A stretch of DNA of 64,000 nt from an uncultured delta proteobacterium (GTDB lineage: Bacteria; Desulfobacterota; Binatia; Binatales; Binataceae). This document shows positions 39,890 to 50,454 of the stretch, in pieces (the stretch's first letter is position 1; each line of letters starts with the position of its first letter). Location of the stretch: assembly GCA_963808235.1 (NCBI GenBank), contig CAWEEQ010000004.1, positions 3,424,001 to 3,488,000 of the forward strand, in the 5' to 3' direction. A program made the position numbers and the translations under genes. A model generated the notes under the pieces. That model made no database searches. It was not told the DNA's origin and saw only the letters and a list, made by a program, of their open reading frames with translations.

Positions 39890-41570
39890 GATGGCTCCAA
39901 CGACGCTCGAGGGAATCGAATCAATCCGCGTGATGCGCGCGGCCGGAAATCTCAAGGTCATCGGCGCCGCCGATATACCGCACGCCACGATCGACGCGAG
40001 CGTTGCGCCGGAGATCACGCGTAATGCGGGCGTGGCCGAAGTCGTCGTGCGCTCGAACGCGACCATCACGATACCGGCCGGAGTCACGGTCGAGATCGAA
40101 GAGGTCGCGGGCAATCTCGAAGTATCGAATCTCGCGACTCCAATCGTCATCAAGCGGATACGCGGCAATCTCGACGCGGATCGAATCGGAGCAATCGCCA
40201 TTCGCGAGCCGGTCGGCGGCAGGGTCTCTATCAAAGCGGCCAGTTCGATCGAAGGCGACCAGGTGCGCGGTTCGCTCACGCTCGAATCGGCGCACTCGAT
40301 CACCTTCCGCGAGGTCGCCGGGCATTTCGAATGCCGCGGCGTCGATGGCGAAGTCGCGATCGAAAAGATCTCCGGGTCGGCGCGTCTCGATTCCCTGCGC
40401 GGGCCATTCATCGCGCGAATCATCGGGGGCCATCTCGAAGCCGAAGGCGCGGCCGACGTAGAGGCGGGCGTGGTCGGCGGCAAAGTGCGCGGCGCGAACC
40501 TGTCGGGCGCGCTCAGGGTCGGCAAAATCGGCGGCAAGCTCGGTCTGGAAGCCGTCGCCGGCGACGTTCAAGTCGGATTCGTCGGCGGCAACGCGCGCAT
40601 AGCCAAAATTGGCGGCGCACTCAGCCTCGAGCAAGTCGGCGGCGCGATCGATATGTCCGGGCCCTATCCAGCGGAAAAATCCTGGACCGTCAGAAGCCGC
40701 GGACGAGTCAACGTCGAAGTAGATTCGGCCGCGTCGATAGACCTGGCCGCGTCCGCAGGATGGGGCCGGATTCGCACTTACGGCGTCGAAGCGGCGGGCC
40801 TGAAATGGGCCGGACAGCATCATGTGCAGGGCACCATCGGACCGGAACCGAAGAGCGGCGCGCGGATGAAACTCGCAATCGAGACTCGCGGCGCCGACGT
40901 AATCGTCGCGAGCGCCGGCGCGCGCGAGCGCGACTTCTCCGGCCGCGGCTATCGAGCGCGCCCGGGCGCATTCGCGGATACCTTCGAAGACTTCGCCGAA
41001 GAACTTGGCGGCGAGATTCCCGAGTTCGTGCGGACCGTGATGGATGCGGCCGGCAAGTTCGTCGCGGAGAGCGGCGGGTTGTCCAGCGAAATCGTGCGCG
41101 AGGTGAGCCGCGACGTCAAACGCAGTGTCAGCGAAGGGGTTCGCGAGGTCGAACGCGCAATCAGCGAGATCGAGGAATCGGCTCCGCGCGAGGTCGGCGA
41201 GAAGTTGGCAAGACTCGGCAAGGAGATAAGCGACCTGGTCGCCCGGGCAGTTCGTGGCGGGACCCGCGAGGCGCGCGATCAGATGCGCGAACGCGTGCGC
41301 AATGCCGCCCGCGACATGCGCGATACGATTCGCGAGGCCGCCCGCGACGTGCATCGCAGCTCGCGCGAGGAACCCGGCACAAAGACCGCCGCGCCAAGCG
41401 CCGAATCTCCTCGGACTCCCGGAACTCCGGGCGCAACCGTGAAACTGAATCGCGAAGATGCGATCCTCGAAATCCTTGCCGCGGTGAAAGACGGCCGTCT
41501 CGAGCCGGAAGAGGCGGACGACTTGATCAACGCCTGGATGGAAGTCCGCGACACCGACGCGCGCCGATGA
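39890..41570 (+). CDS. DUF4097-like beta-repeat protein with helical region and C-terminal SHOCT-like domain
   Basis: GGAGG RBS; repeated V.G.L/V beta motifs; ILEILAAVKDGRLEPEEADDLI. Confidence 0.75.
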
Positions 41571-41590
41571 GCTGCGCGCCGAGTTTCCGG

Positions 41591-42112
41591 CTATCTAATG
41601 TCGGGCTCCCAAGGCGTCATACGAGGTATCCATCGCGGAACATGCGTTTTGTAGCGCAGGTAGTCCTGGCCGAATCTTGCGGCGAGCCCCGGCTCCTCAC
41701 TGAGCGGCATGTAGACGCAGTTGATTGCGGCGAAGATCGCGAGCCACTCCAGAATCGCGACCGAGCCAAACAGGATGGCCTCGCCGAGCAAGATTGCCAG
41801 CACACCGCTGATCATTGGATTGCGTACGTAGCGGTAGGTGCCCCTTACCACCAGCTTGCGCGGCGGATCCCAAGGCGCAAGCGTCCCCTCGCCTTCAGTC
41901 GAGAACATCCAGATGGTTCTGGCTGCAAAACATAGACCTGCAACCATGATCGCGAGCCCGACTGCTGCCACGACTATGTTGAAAGGGATAGAGAGGCTGA
42001 AACCGATCTCAACGCCTCGGGTGGAAGCGAGCCATCCCGGAACAACGCCGGCCACCATGGTCGGGAGCGCGAGAACTGAAACCACGCTGCGAATAAGCAG
42101 GTCCGGTTTCAT
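41591..42112 (-). CDS. Isoprenylcysteine/phospholipid methyltransferase family membrane protein
   Basis: GTLAPWDPP.KLV..G.YRYVRNPM, EE..L..RFG.DY..Y...VPRWIP. Confidence 0.88.
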   Translation of the reverse strand: MKPDLLIRSVVSVLALPTMVAGVVPGWLASTRGVEIGFSLSIPFNIVVAAVGLAIMVAGLCFAARTIWMFSTEGEGTLAPWDPPRKLVVRGTYRYVRNPMISGVLAILLGEAILFGSVAILEWLAIFAAINCVYMPLSEEPGLAARFGQDYLRYKTHVPRWIPRMTPWEPDIR

Positions 42113-42149
42113 TGCATTGAATTAATTCCTTTGTCAGGCGGCCAGCCGC

Positions 42150-42572
42150 TTATCGCTCGTAGTGCCTGATCTCGAGCAGGTGCTTGCTGGGGTCGAAGAA
42201 GTAGAGGCTCTTGCCTGCGCCGCGCGCGCCGCCGCCGGCCGAATTAATCGAGTCGATCGTTTCGTCGCCCGGACCGCGCATATTTCCGACCGAGTCGAAC
42301 GAATCGCCGTATTCGATCTTCGCTTCCCGGACTTTGCGGAAGACCTCGTCGAACTCGGCGCGGGACATCGCGAAGGCAAGATGCTCGCCGCCCTTGGTTC
42401 CCCAATCCGCGATTTGCAGGGTGAAGTCGACCGTCACGCGCAGCGTCGAAAACGGCTCGCGGTCGCCCTCGTACTTGAGGCCGAGGATTTGGGTATAGAA
42501 CTCGATGCTCTTTTTTCGATCGTTCACGGCGAGAATCATATGGTCGAGTCGTATAGCCATTGCATTACTCAC
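42150..42572 (-). CDS. VOC family protein
   Basis: LDH.IL.V, HLAF, SLYFFDP..HLLEI; likely start at MAIRLDH. Confidence 0.85.
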   Translation of the reverse strand: MSNAMAIRLDHMILAVNDRKKSIEFYTQILGLKYEGDREPFSTLRVTVDFTLQIADWGTKGGEHLAFAMSRAEFDEVFRKVREAKIEYGDSFDSVGNMRGPGDETIDSINSAGGGARGAGKSLYFFDPSKHLLEIRHYER

Positions 42573-42953
42573 TCCGGGAACTGAGTCAGCGACAGGAGAT
42601 TACCGTCGGGATCCTTGAACCATGCCACTTTGCCGGCTACGCCCGGAGTGGTCCAGATTCCCGCCGCATCCTGTTGCAGTTCCGGAATGCGCTCGAACTT
42701 GACGCCCTTCTTTGCGAGCTTGTCGACAGTTGCCTTGATGTCGGGAACTTTCCAACCCAGTGCCGTGAACGGCAGCGGGGTAAACTTTCTCGCGCGGCTT
42801 CTCAATGTGAAGGTGTCGGCCGCCGACCTCGTAGATGATCGCCCACCAGGCATCCTCGACCAGCTTGAGGCCGAGCACATCGCCGTAGAACGCTTTCGCG
42901 CGTTCCGGATCGGTGGTTCCGATGAATGCCATCACTTCGTAATCGCCAAGCAT
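42569..42953 (-). CDS. VOC family protein (frameshifted)
   Basis: RAKAFYGDVLGL in one frame; VAWFKDPDGNLLSL in another. Confidence 0.8.
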
Positions 42954-43034
42954 GATTGAGACTCCCTTTCTGTCAGTGTTCGATTACATCTAGCACTATG
43001 AGCCGGTGGCCGTCTTGCGCTAGATTGCCAACCG

Positions 43035-43814
43035 ATGCCGAAAAAGCGCCATTGGTTCTTTGACCCGTACAAGTACAAAATCCGCGTCGGCATACGCGGC
43101 GAATTCCCCAACGGCCATCTGATCAGAACGCACTCGCATCCGTGGCATCAGCTCACTTTCGCGCCGCGAGGAGTATTGACGGTGCGAACACCCGACGGCA
43201 CCTGGATTGTGCCGCCGCATCGAGCGGTCTGGGTTCCCGCGCGCACACGACATTCGGTGCAGATGTCGGGAACGGTGCTGATGCAGGCGCTGTACATCGC
43301 CCCGAGTCTCGGCGCGTCTGTGCCGACTCGATGCCGGGTGCTCGGCATATCCGCACTTTTGCGCGAGCTCATCCACCGGGTCGGTGAGCTTAAGTGGCTG
43401 GACCTTCGCATCCCGGTTCAAGCGCATATTGCGGCGGTGCTGCTGGACGAGATTCGAGTGGTGGAAGCGGAGGCGGACGTTGTGAATCTCACGATGCCGC
43501 GCGATAGCCGGGCGCGACGAGTCGCCTCCATCCTTCAGGAAGATCCAGCTGAGAAGAGGCCGCTCGCGGAGTTGTCGAGGAGCGGGGGCGCCAGCCAGCG
43601 TACTATCGAGCGGCTGTTCAGATCGGAAACAGGATTGGGCTTCGGGCGGTGGCGTCAACAGCTCCGGCTAGGTCACGCTCTTCGGCTGCTCGCGGCCGGT
43701 GACGCCGTCACCAACGTGGCGCTGGAGGTAGGTTACGACAGTGCCAGCGCTTTCATCTCAGCCTTTCGGACAACGTTCGGCGAGACTCCGGGGCAATATT
43801 TCCGCTCGGTGTGA
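43035..43814 (+). CDS. AraC-family regulator (NimR-like cupin plus HTH)
   Basis: HSHPWHQL, WIVPP.RAVWVP, RTIERLF..ETG, GYDSASAFI motifs. Confidence 0.92.
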   Translation: MPKKRHWFFDPYKYKIRVGIRGEFPNGHLIRTHSHPWHQLTFAPRGVLTVRTPDGTWIVPPHRAVWVPARTRHSVQMSGTVLMQALYIAPSLGASVPTRCRVLGISALLRELIHRVGELKWLDLRIPVQAHIAAVLLDEIRVVEAEADVVNLTMPRDSRARRVASILQEDPAEKRPLAELSRSGGASQRTIERLFRSETGLGFGRWRQQLRLGHALRLLAAGDAVTNVALEVGYDSASAFISAFRTTFGETPGQYFRSV

Positions 43815-43850
43815 TTATGGATTGAGACGGGGAGCAGGAATTCGATCGGA

Positions 43851-44165
43851 CTAGGAGCTGATTATAATACCGGGGGGGACGCTCCACTTCTTTTCGTCTT
43901 CGGTATCGGTCTCCAGCTTTTTTCCGGGGCAGGGCGAGGAGATCCAGCGTTGATTTACGTCATCGATGAGACGCTTGAAGAAGAGGGTCGAGACGTGAAC
44001 GGCGTAGCGTTCGCGTGAGCCGTCATCCTCGACGAAGGTGCGGCCGCATCGCTGGCAATAGCGCTGAGTCAGCGGATGGCCTCGCACAATTTCGACCCAA
44101 CGTCCCTCGGGCTCCGTCCAATTGTGAGTCTCCCACGGGTGAACGTTAGCTGCTCCTGCCGCCAT
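43851..44165 (-). CDS. Small hypothetical protein with CxxC
   Basis: GGAGAGG RBS; YCQRCGR.F motif. Confidence 0.55.
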   Translation of the reverse strand: MAAGAANVHPWETHNWTEPEGRWVEIVRGHPLTQRYCQRCGRTFVEDDGSRERYAVHVSTLFFKRLIDDVNQRWISSPCPGKKLETDTEDEKKWSVPPGIIISS

Positions 44166-44479
44166 CGAAATGATCCTCTCCTGGGCCTGGCACCGTGCTA
44201 ATCAGAACTGCTGTTATGTCGAGAAACTAAAATAATAACTTTTGCAGATTAATTGCAAACCGAAAGCCCGTGTCCCCTACAAGACAAATCATTAAGTTGG
44301 AAACCTTGTCTTGCATGGCAAAACGTGTGTAGCGACACCAAAAGAGGCGGAGCTACGGAGAAGGTAAAGAGGACGGTCTTCTGCGTGAATTGAGGTTGGA
44401 TCGGGCGCCCTCACCCGAGGTGCGCGTCGACCTCTCCCGAAGGGAGAGGTGTGGACTCACTTTGGCGCCTGGAGGGGAG

Positions 44480-45091
44480 CTAGAACTTCGCGGTTTTCAA
44501 TGCGTTCAGAATTCGGCCGGTCAGCTTGAGGTTGAGCGTCTTGCCCTCGAGCGCCATCGCCTCGAGGATCAAAACGACCATCTGCGGGATTAGATCGTAC
44601 TCGGCGCCTGCGGTTGCGGGGCGCGGAAAAAGTTCCTTGAAGGAGAGATCGATAAACTCGGCCATCCGATCATTCACCCCGCTGACCGCGCCGCGCAGAT
44701 AGGAATCGGTGCGGCTCGCGACCACCAGCTCGATCCATGCGGTTGCGAGCGGTCCGTTGGCGATTTCCCACAGCAGATCGATCGCCATCGCGCGCCGATC
44801 GTTCTCGTTGCCGAGGCGGCCGACCTTCTCCTTGATGTCGGTGAACATCAACTGGAACAGATGCTCGACCGCGCTGGTGAGCAATTCCTCTTTGCGCGGA
44901 AAGTGATAGAGCTGCGCGCCGCGCGAGAGGCCGGCGCGCTCGGCGACTTCGGAGGTGGTGGTGTTGCCGTACCCGCGATCGATGAGGCACCGGATAGCGG
45001 AATCGAGGAGGCGGCGCCGTGTTTCGGCGGTCTTCTCGTCCTGGGTAAGACGGGTCTTGAGATTGCGGCCGACGGGTGAGGATGCGCCCAT
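44480..45091 (-). CDS. TetR/AcrR family regulator
   Basis: GY.NTTTSEVAERAGLSRGAQLYHFPRKEEL HTH. Confidence 0.92.
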   Translation of the reverse strand: MGASSPVGRNLKTRLTQDEKTAETRRRLLDSAIRCLIDRGYGNTTTSEVAERAGLSRGAQLYHFPRKEELLTSAVEHLFQLMFTDIKEKVGRLGNENDRRAMAIDLLWEIANGPLATAWIELVVASRTDSYLRGAVSGVNDRMAEFIDLSFKELFPRPATAGAEYDLIPQMVVLILEAMALEGKTLNLKLTGRILNALKTAKF

Positions 45092-45163
45092 AATTCGGAC
45101 AATCTAGCAGGTCATGGTTTGCGATCAAGGTAACAAATTGACAACGGACAGCTTGCGGGTTGC

Positions 45164-45610
45164 TCAGAACTGTGCGGACAGCAATCGACGGCGCTCGGTG
45201 GATTTCGCGAGCTCGTCCCAGATGGCAGCTTCGACTTTGCGCGCGTCGGTGGAGGTTTGCGATTCGACGTGAGCGTGGAGATCGATCAGCGCGGCGCGGA
45301 GCGCGCAGTTATTGTCCTCGAGCGCCGAGATGTGGAAGTCGCGATCGATGCTTTCGGCCAACCGCAAAAGCCGGTTGCGCAGAGCGGAATCGTTCACCGC
45401 GGGAGCGGCCTTCAGGAATAGTTCGCGAAGACGATTGTTCTCTTCGATGCGGCGGCTCGCGGCGCGATCCCATTCTTCGCTAACGATGGCGAGCAGGGTC
45501 GCTACCATGGCGACGGTTCCCTGGTGGTAGGCGGGAGCGATCGCGGGGATCACGCGCTCGAGGAGATCCATCGCCATGGTTTGGAAAACGATTTCGACGC
45601 GCGGTCTCAT
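45164..45610 (-). CDS. Small helical partner of the phosphotransferase
   Basis: ATG overlaps the TGA of the upstream APH gene; 148 aa. Confidence 0.7.
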   Translation of the reverse strand: MRPRVEIVFQTMAMDLLERVIPAIAPAYHQGTVAMVATLLAIVSEEWDRAASRRIEENNRLRELFLKAAPAVNDSALRNRLLRLAESIDRDFHISALEDNNCALRAALIDLHAHVESQTSTDARKVEAAIWDELAKSTERRRLLSAQF

Positions 45611-46647
45611 GCAGTCCCTCCGAGCAGATGTCCCATCAGTTCGAGCGCCGCGCGGTCCTGGCTGTTCATCAGCGCCCACGAGCTTAGAACCAGGATTGGA
45701 TCCTTGTTCGATCCGGTCTCCCACGCGTGCGCGCTCGAAACCCAAATCCCCTGGCCCTTCACGGTCGCGAACAATTCCCACCAGTGGAGCGCATCGAGAT
45801 CGGCTTTCAGGCCGCTCGACTTTTCCCAGATTTCGATGGCCTCCTCGCGCGGGATCAAACCGCCGCGGCGATCGTCGTGCGCCCAGCACCAGACCCGGTT
45901 CAAGCTCCAGCCCAAATCTTCGAGCGGATCGCCAAGATGAGCCATCTCCCAATCGAGGATTCCGTGAATGCGCCCTTGTTCGTCGAAGAGAAAATTTCCG
46001 GTGCGATAGTCGCCGTGCACGACGCTCACTTTTTGCGCCGGCGGCGGAGGATTGCGCCGCATCCATCGAATAGCGGCGCGCATTATCGGCTGCGGAATCA
46101 GTTCGTCGGAATCGAGCACGCCTTCCCAATAGTCGAGCTCGCGCTTCCAGCATTGGTCAGGAGCAACAGATTCCATGGTGCCGACCAGTCCGAGTTTTGC
46201 GGGATCCGCCGACGCGATCGCGCCGAGTATCGACCACTTCTGCTGGGCGATTTTTTGGTGGTGCGCGGCATAGGGCTCCATCAGGATTCGCGCAGGTGAG
46301 GTCTGGAAGCCGGTCATCTCGACGCTGATGAAAAACGGGCTGCCGAGATGACGCGCGTCGTCCTCGAGCCAGAGAACCTCGGGGACCGGAACCGAGGTCC
46401 CGAAGAAGGCCTTGTAGGCCGCAAATTCGATTTTTCGGTCGGTGTCGATGAGACTCGCGGATGGATCGCGGCGCAGGATGAGACGGCGCTCGTGCGCCCG
46501 TCCGCGATCGAGATAGGAAAGGCGAAATCGATAGGTCTGCCGCGACGCGCCGCCGGAGATCTGCTCGAGCTGATCGACGCGAATCTCCGCAGCCGCGGGC
46601 ATTTTCAGCTGGATATATTCCGCCAGTGATGCTTCGAGGGAAGCCAT
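45607..46647 (-). CDS. APH/ACAD10-type phosphotransferase
   Basis: GGASRQT, VHGDYRTGN, LDWEMAHLGDPLEDL motifs. Confidence 0.9.
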   Translation of the reverse strand: MASLEASLAEYIQLKMPAAAEIRVDQLEQISGGASRQTYRFRLSYLDRGRAHERRLILRRDPSASLIDTDRKIEFAAYKAFFGTSVPVPEVLWLEDDARHLGSPFFISVEMTGFQTSPARILMEPYAAHHQKIAQQKWSILGAIASADPAKLGLVGTMESVAPDQCWKRELDYWEGVLDSDELIPQPIMRAAIRWMRRNPPPPAQKVSVVHGDYRTGNFLFDEQGRIHGILDWEMAHLGDPLEDLGWSLNRVWCWAHDDRRGGLIPREEAIEIWEKSSGLKADLDALHWWELFATVKGQGIWVSSAHAWETGSNKDPILVLSSWALMNSQDRAALELMGHLLGGTA

Positions 46648-46678
46648 CCGAGAATAACTACCTCATTTCGAAAAAAAT

Positions 46679-47923
46679 TCAGAGCGCGCGCAGCTGCTCC
46701 AGGTACTGCTCGGAAAACATTTCCGCGGGCAGGACCTCGGGTCCGACGAATCCCACCGGCAACAGATCGGCGATGGTTCCGCGCGCGCGCTCTTCGCGGA
46801 CTTTTCGACGGCGTTCGAGTGCGCGCGGGCCGAACTCGGCATTTAGAATCGACACGCTCGACGCGGTCAATCTCAAGCGGCGCATACGCTCGGAGCGCTC
46901 TTCGGCGTACGGACGGAACACTTCCGGAGTCCAGTTGCGATCGCCAAGCATCAGGTCCCGCACGATGCGCACGTCGCGGTAAGTGATCGAAAGACCCTGG
47001 CCGATGATCGGATCGTTGTGGCCGGCGGCATCTCCGATCAACACGACTCCCGGCGCGAAAGGCGTCTCGGTCCAGGTGTCCTCGTTGCCGTAGGAATTGC
47101 ACGGACCGGCCGGGGTACCGTTCGCGAGATACTGGCTTCCGGGAACCGACTTGAGTCTGAACGCCTGGAGAAAATTCGCCTGGCTCTCCGCGCCAGAAAA
47201 GCGCCGCTTCTGATCGGTCGCATAACAAATGTACAAACGAACCCGCGTCGCGGATTGCGGGAAGGCGAGGAAATTGACGTCGCCCTCGGTGCCGAAGACC
47301 TGAAGATCCTGCGGCCATCCGCCGGTGTTATCGACCAGCAGCCCGGCCATCAGATGATGGGTTGGATCGCGATGCTGCACGACGCCGGCCTGGACGCGTA
47401 CGATGGAGTTGCGTCCGTCGGCGCCGACGACGAGTCGGGGGTTGAACTGAATTGTTCGGTCGGCGTGGCGAAAGCGCACCTCCGGCGATGCGCCGGGAGT
47501 GATCTCGACGTCGCTCACACCGCGCATCAGTCTGGCGCCGCGCGCGATCGCTTCGGCGTTGAGGAGATCGCACATATCGGGATGACGCATGCAGAGCGGC
47601 GGCTTCAGGCCGGCGCCTTCGAAGGCGGTCAGATCCAGGGTCTGCGTTTGCGCGATTTCGGCGTCGATGTCGTCGCCAAACGGAATATGCCTTTTCAGAT
47701 GATGGCCGCCGGCATGGAGCAACAGTTCGTACAATCCGAGCCGCTCGGTTTCCTTGACGCCCCAAGGCGCAAGCCATTCGCCGCGAACGTGATCGATGTG
47801 CTCGGTGGATTTTTCGATAATCGTCGTCGCGATACCGCTCTGCGCGAGCACACAGGCAAGCGCGCTGCCGCCGATACCCGCGCCAACGACACAGACTTCG
47901 GGATGGTCGGAATTGATGCCCAT
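46679..47923 (-). CDS. FAD-dependent monooxygenase/oxidoreductase
   Basis: GAGIGG, VGADGRNS, LIGDAAG..DP..GQG motifs. Confidence 0.88.
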   Translation of the reverse strand: MGINSDHPEVCVVGAGIGGSALACVLAQSGIATTIIEKSTEHIDHVRGEWLAPWGVKETERLGLYELLLHAGGHHLKRHIPFGDDIDAEIAQTQTLDLTAFEGAGLKPPLCMRHPDMCDLLNAEAIARGARLMRGVSDVEITPGASPEVRFRHADRTIQFNPRLVVGADGRNSIVRVQAGVVQHRDPTHHLMAGLLVDNTGGWPQDLQVFGTEGDVNFLAFPQSATRVRLYICYATDQKRRFSGAESQANFLQAFRLKSVPGSQYLANGTPAGPCNSYGNEDTWTETPFAPGVVLIGDAAGHNDPIIGQGLSITYRDVRIVRDLMLGDRNWTPEVFRPYAEERSERMRRLRLTASSVSILNAEFGPRALERRRKVREERARGTIADLLPVGFVGPEVLPAEMFSEQYLEQLRAL

Positions 47924-47949
47924 GGTTTAGTTACTCAAGCGCATAGGCG

Positions 47950-48570
47950 ATGATGGAACAAGTGTTCGACTGTTCGACAAGGAGTGACCCCGTGGAAAAA
48001 GACGACTCGGACGGAATCGGCAAATTGCTCCGCGACATCACCCGCGCGTACGAGGACGGCCTCGGGGCGATCGGCAACGCGATCAACGATCTCGGCAAAC
48101 GGCGAATTCCAGAGAGCGAGCGGCAGATCGAACGCTGGATCGGCGTCGCGCGCGCGGCGAAGGACGGCTACGTCGCGGCAATCGATCAGGGTTTCGCGGT
48201 TTGGGAGCGACGCATCCGCCGCGCACTCGCGCCGGAAAAATCCGAGCCGGAAAAAGAAACCACGCGCGAGCAGAAGGGGCCTGCCAGCCAGCTCGATGCG
48301 TGGGTCGAGGAATGGCGCAAAGCCAATGAGTCGTTCATGCGTTCGGTCGGCGAGAGCGGAATTGGCGAGGAGGCGGTGAAGCAGGCGCGAGAACTTCGCA
48401 AGACCGTCGAGTCAGGCCTCAAGAATCTGCAGAAGCTGTGGCAGCCGCCGAGCGAGCCCGGCGGAAGTGAATCTATCTTGCCGACGAATCCTAACCGCGG
48501 CCGGCTCGCAGCAGCTTGCCGGGCGTCGCGCCGGTGCATCGGCCGTCGTCCCAGGTCATCTCGCCGTTGA
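47950..48570 (+). CDS. Hypothetical all-helical protein (phasin-like appearance)
   Basis: AAGGAG RBS before GTG 47992; amphipathic helices; 3' end overlaps the convergent gene. Confidence 0.55.
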   Translation: MMEQVFDCSTRSDPVEKDDSDGIGKLLRDITRAYEDGLGAIGNAINDLGKRRIPESERQIERWIGVARAAKDGYVAAIDQGFAVWERRIRRALAPEKSEPEKETTREQKGPASQLDAWVEEWRKANESFMRSVGESGIGEEAVKQARELRKTVESGLKNLQKLWQPPSEPGGSESILPTNPNRGRLAAACRASRRCIGRRPRSSRR

Positions 48571-50224
48571 CGATGATCGCGCGATAGCCGCGTGCGTGCT
48601 GAACGCGGCGCCATTCACCGCCCGGGAAGTCGTGGGAGATTTCGCCGACCCAGTCGGGCTCGACGCCGAGGCGCTCGAGATCGTAAACGACAACGTCGGC
48701 AGCGAGACCTTCGCGCAATACTCCGCGATCGCGAAAACCCGCGGCGTGCGCGGGCAGGGCCGAAAGGCGATAGTGCGCCTCCTCGAGGGTGATCCGTTTT
48801 TCGTCGCGAACCAGCCAGCCGAGGAAATCGGTGGTGTAGGCGCCGCCGGTGAAGAACTTGGTGTGCGCGCCGCCATCGGATACGCCGGGGATCGTGTACG
48901 GCGAGTCGTTGATCATCTCGGCGTAAAACTCGGCATTGAAGCCGCGGTTGGGTCCGAGGAATTCCACTTTTAGATTTCCAGCGATCGACAGATCGAGCAT
49001 CACGTCGATTTCATGCTTGCCTTCCTCGGCCGCGATTTGGCCGACCGACTTGCCGACGTATTTTTCCAGCTCGGGCTTGTCGTCGGCCCATTGCACGATC
49101 AGATGACGGATTGGGCCGCCGACGCCCTTCTGAATTGCCTCGAGCTTGCGATTGGCCTCGTCGTGTTCGCGCTTGATCGCCTCGCGCAGCGCGGGATCCT
49201 TCATCTTGGCGATTTTCTGGTCGTTGCTTCCGGTCGTAACCTCGCGCCATGCAGGGCTCGCGTCGTACAAATTCCAATGCTCGAGCGTAAACGCGAAGCC
49301 GGTGCGAAGCGTCGCGGTCTGACCGAAGATCGGCAACCCCTTTTCGCGACAGCGCTTGAGCCATGCGAGGCTGCGCTGATGAATTTTAGGATCGCGGCGC
49401 GCGGGTGCAATTGCGTTGTGAAGTATCGGGCGATTCGCCTCGGCGGCAAGGCGTTCCAGGAACGCGAGATCGTCCTTGATTTTGCCGGTCGCCTGCGTGA
49501 TCTGGATGAAACCTTCGTCGCGATCGTGAAGCACACGCGCGAGGTTCAGGATGTCCTCGTCGCTCATCGTGTCGGTGACCATCGGCGAGCCGTCGAAGTC
49601 GGCCTGGGTCGAATCGGGGCCGAGGCGCTGAATCGAGAAGCCGCCGAGTCCGGCGTCCATTCCTTCGGCGAGCAGACGGCGCATCTCGGCGCGTTCAGCG
49701 TCGGTGGCAGGCCGGCTCTTGGCCGCGTCGAGGCCCATCACATAGACGAGCAGCGACGAGGTCGGCAGGTACTGGATCGCGTTGACACCTTTCGGCGTCC
49801 GATCGAGCGAGTCCATGTACTGCGGAATCGTTTCCCAGTCCCACGGCATCCCGGCTTTCATCGACTCGTAGGGGATTGCTTCGGTGCGCGTCATCGTCAG
49901 CATGGAGCGCTCGCGGAAATCCGGCTTGACTGGAACGAAGCCGAAGCCACAGTTGCCGAGCACGACCGAGGTGACTCCGTGCCATCCGGAAATCGTGCAG
50001 TAGGGATCCCAGCGGATTTGCGCATCGTAGTGAGTATGCAAATCGACGAAGCCGGGAGCGACGATCATGCCGCCCGCATCGATCGTTTTTTTCGCGAAGC
50101 CGGGAGAGCGTCCACCGATTTGCGCGATCTTGCCGTTCTTGATCCACAGGTCGGCGCGGAAACTCGGCACGCGAGTTCCATCGACCACGGTTCCATCTTT
50201 GATATGAAGGTCGAATTCGGCCAT
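48491..50224 (-). CDS. N-acyl-D-amino-acid deacylase family amidohydrolase
   Basis: PGFVDLHTHYD, HGVTSVVLGNCG, SDGGAH, DRGVL..G..AD motifs. Confidence 0.9.
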   Translation of the reverse strand: MAEFDLHIKDGTVVDGTRVPSFRADLWIKNGKIAQIGGRSPGFAKKTIDAGGMIVAPGFVDLHTHYDAQIRWDPYCTISGWHGVTSVVLGNCGFGFVPVKPDFRERSMLTMTRTEAIPYESMKAGMPWDWETIPQYMDSLDRTPKGVNAIQYLPTSSLLVYVMGLDAAKSRPATDAERAEMRRLLAEGMDAGLGGFSIQRLGPDSTQADFDGSPMVTDTMSDEDILNLARVLHDRDEGFIQITQATGKIKDDLAFLERLAAEANRPILHNAIAPARRDPKIHQRSLAWLKRCREKGLPIFGQTATLRTGFAFTLEHWNLYDASPAWREVTTGSNDQKIAKMKDPALREAIKREHDEANRKLEAIQKGVGGPIRHLIVQWADDKPELEKYVGKSVGQIAAEEGKHEIDVMLDLSIAGNLKVEFLGPNRGFNAEFYAEMINDSPYTIPGVSDGGAHTKFFTGGAYTTDFLGWLVRDEKRITLEEAHYRLSALPAHAAGFRDRGVLREGLAADVVVYDLERLGVEPDWVGEISHDFPGGEWRRVQHARGYRAIIVNGEMTWDDGRCTGATPGKLLRAGRG

Positions 50225-50454
50225 CGAAGCGTCCTCCCGCGGAGACAAGCTTATGAGGCGGCGAATCGAGTCGCCGCGCGCCCGAACTCTTTTGTTCTTA
50301 GCCGATCGCGAATCGGATTGGCAAGCAAAAATTGAACGCTCGGTATGTTTGAGCATGCGTCGGGCAATCGACACGGAGGTACATGGTGTGGCGGCGAAAC
50401 TCGGCACTTCGCGCGAGGCATTTTCCGACGGTATAATCCCGGTTGAGGATTCGC

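Noticed and set aside
39921-41935. Long alternative-frame and antisense ORFs (477 and 534 aa; similarly 24387-25619 and 49013-50335)
   Set aside because: Shadow ORFs of high-GC coding sequence, Arg-rich and without motifs.
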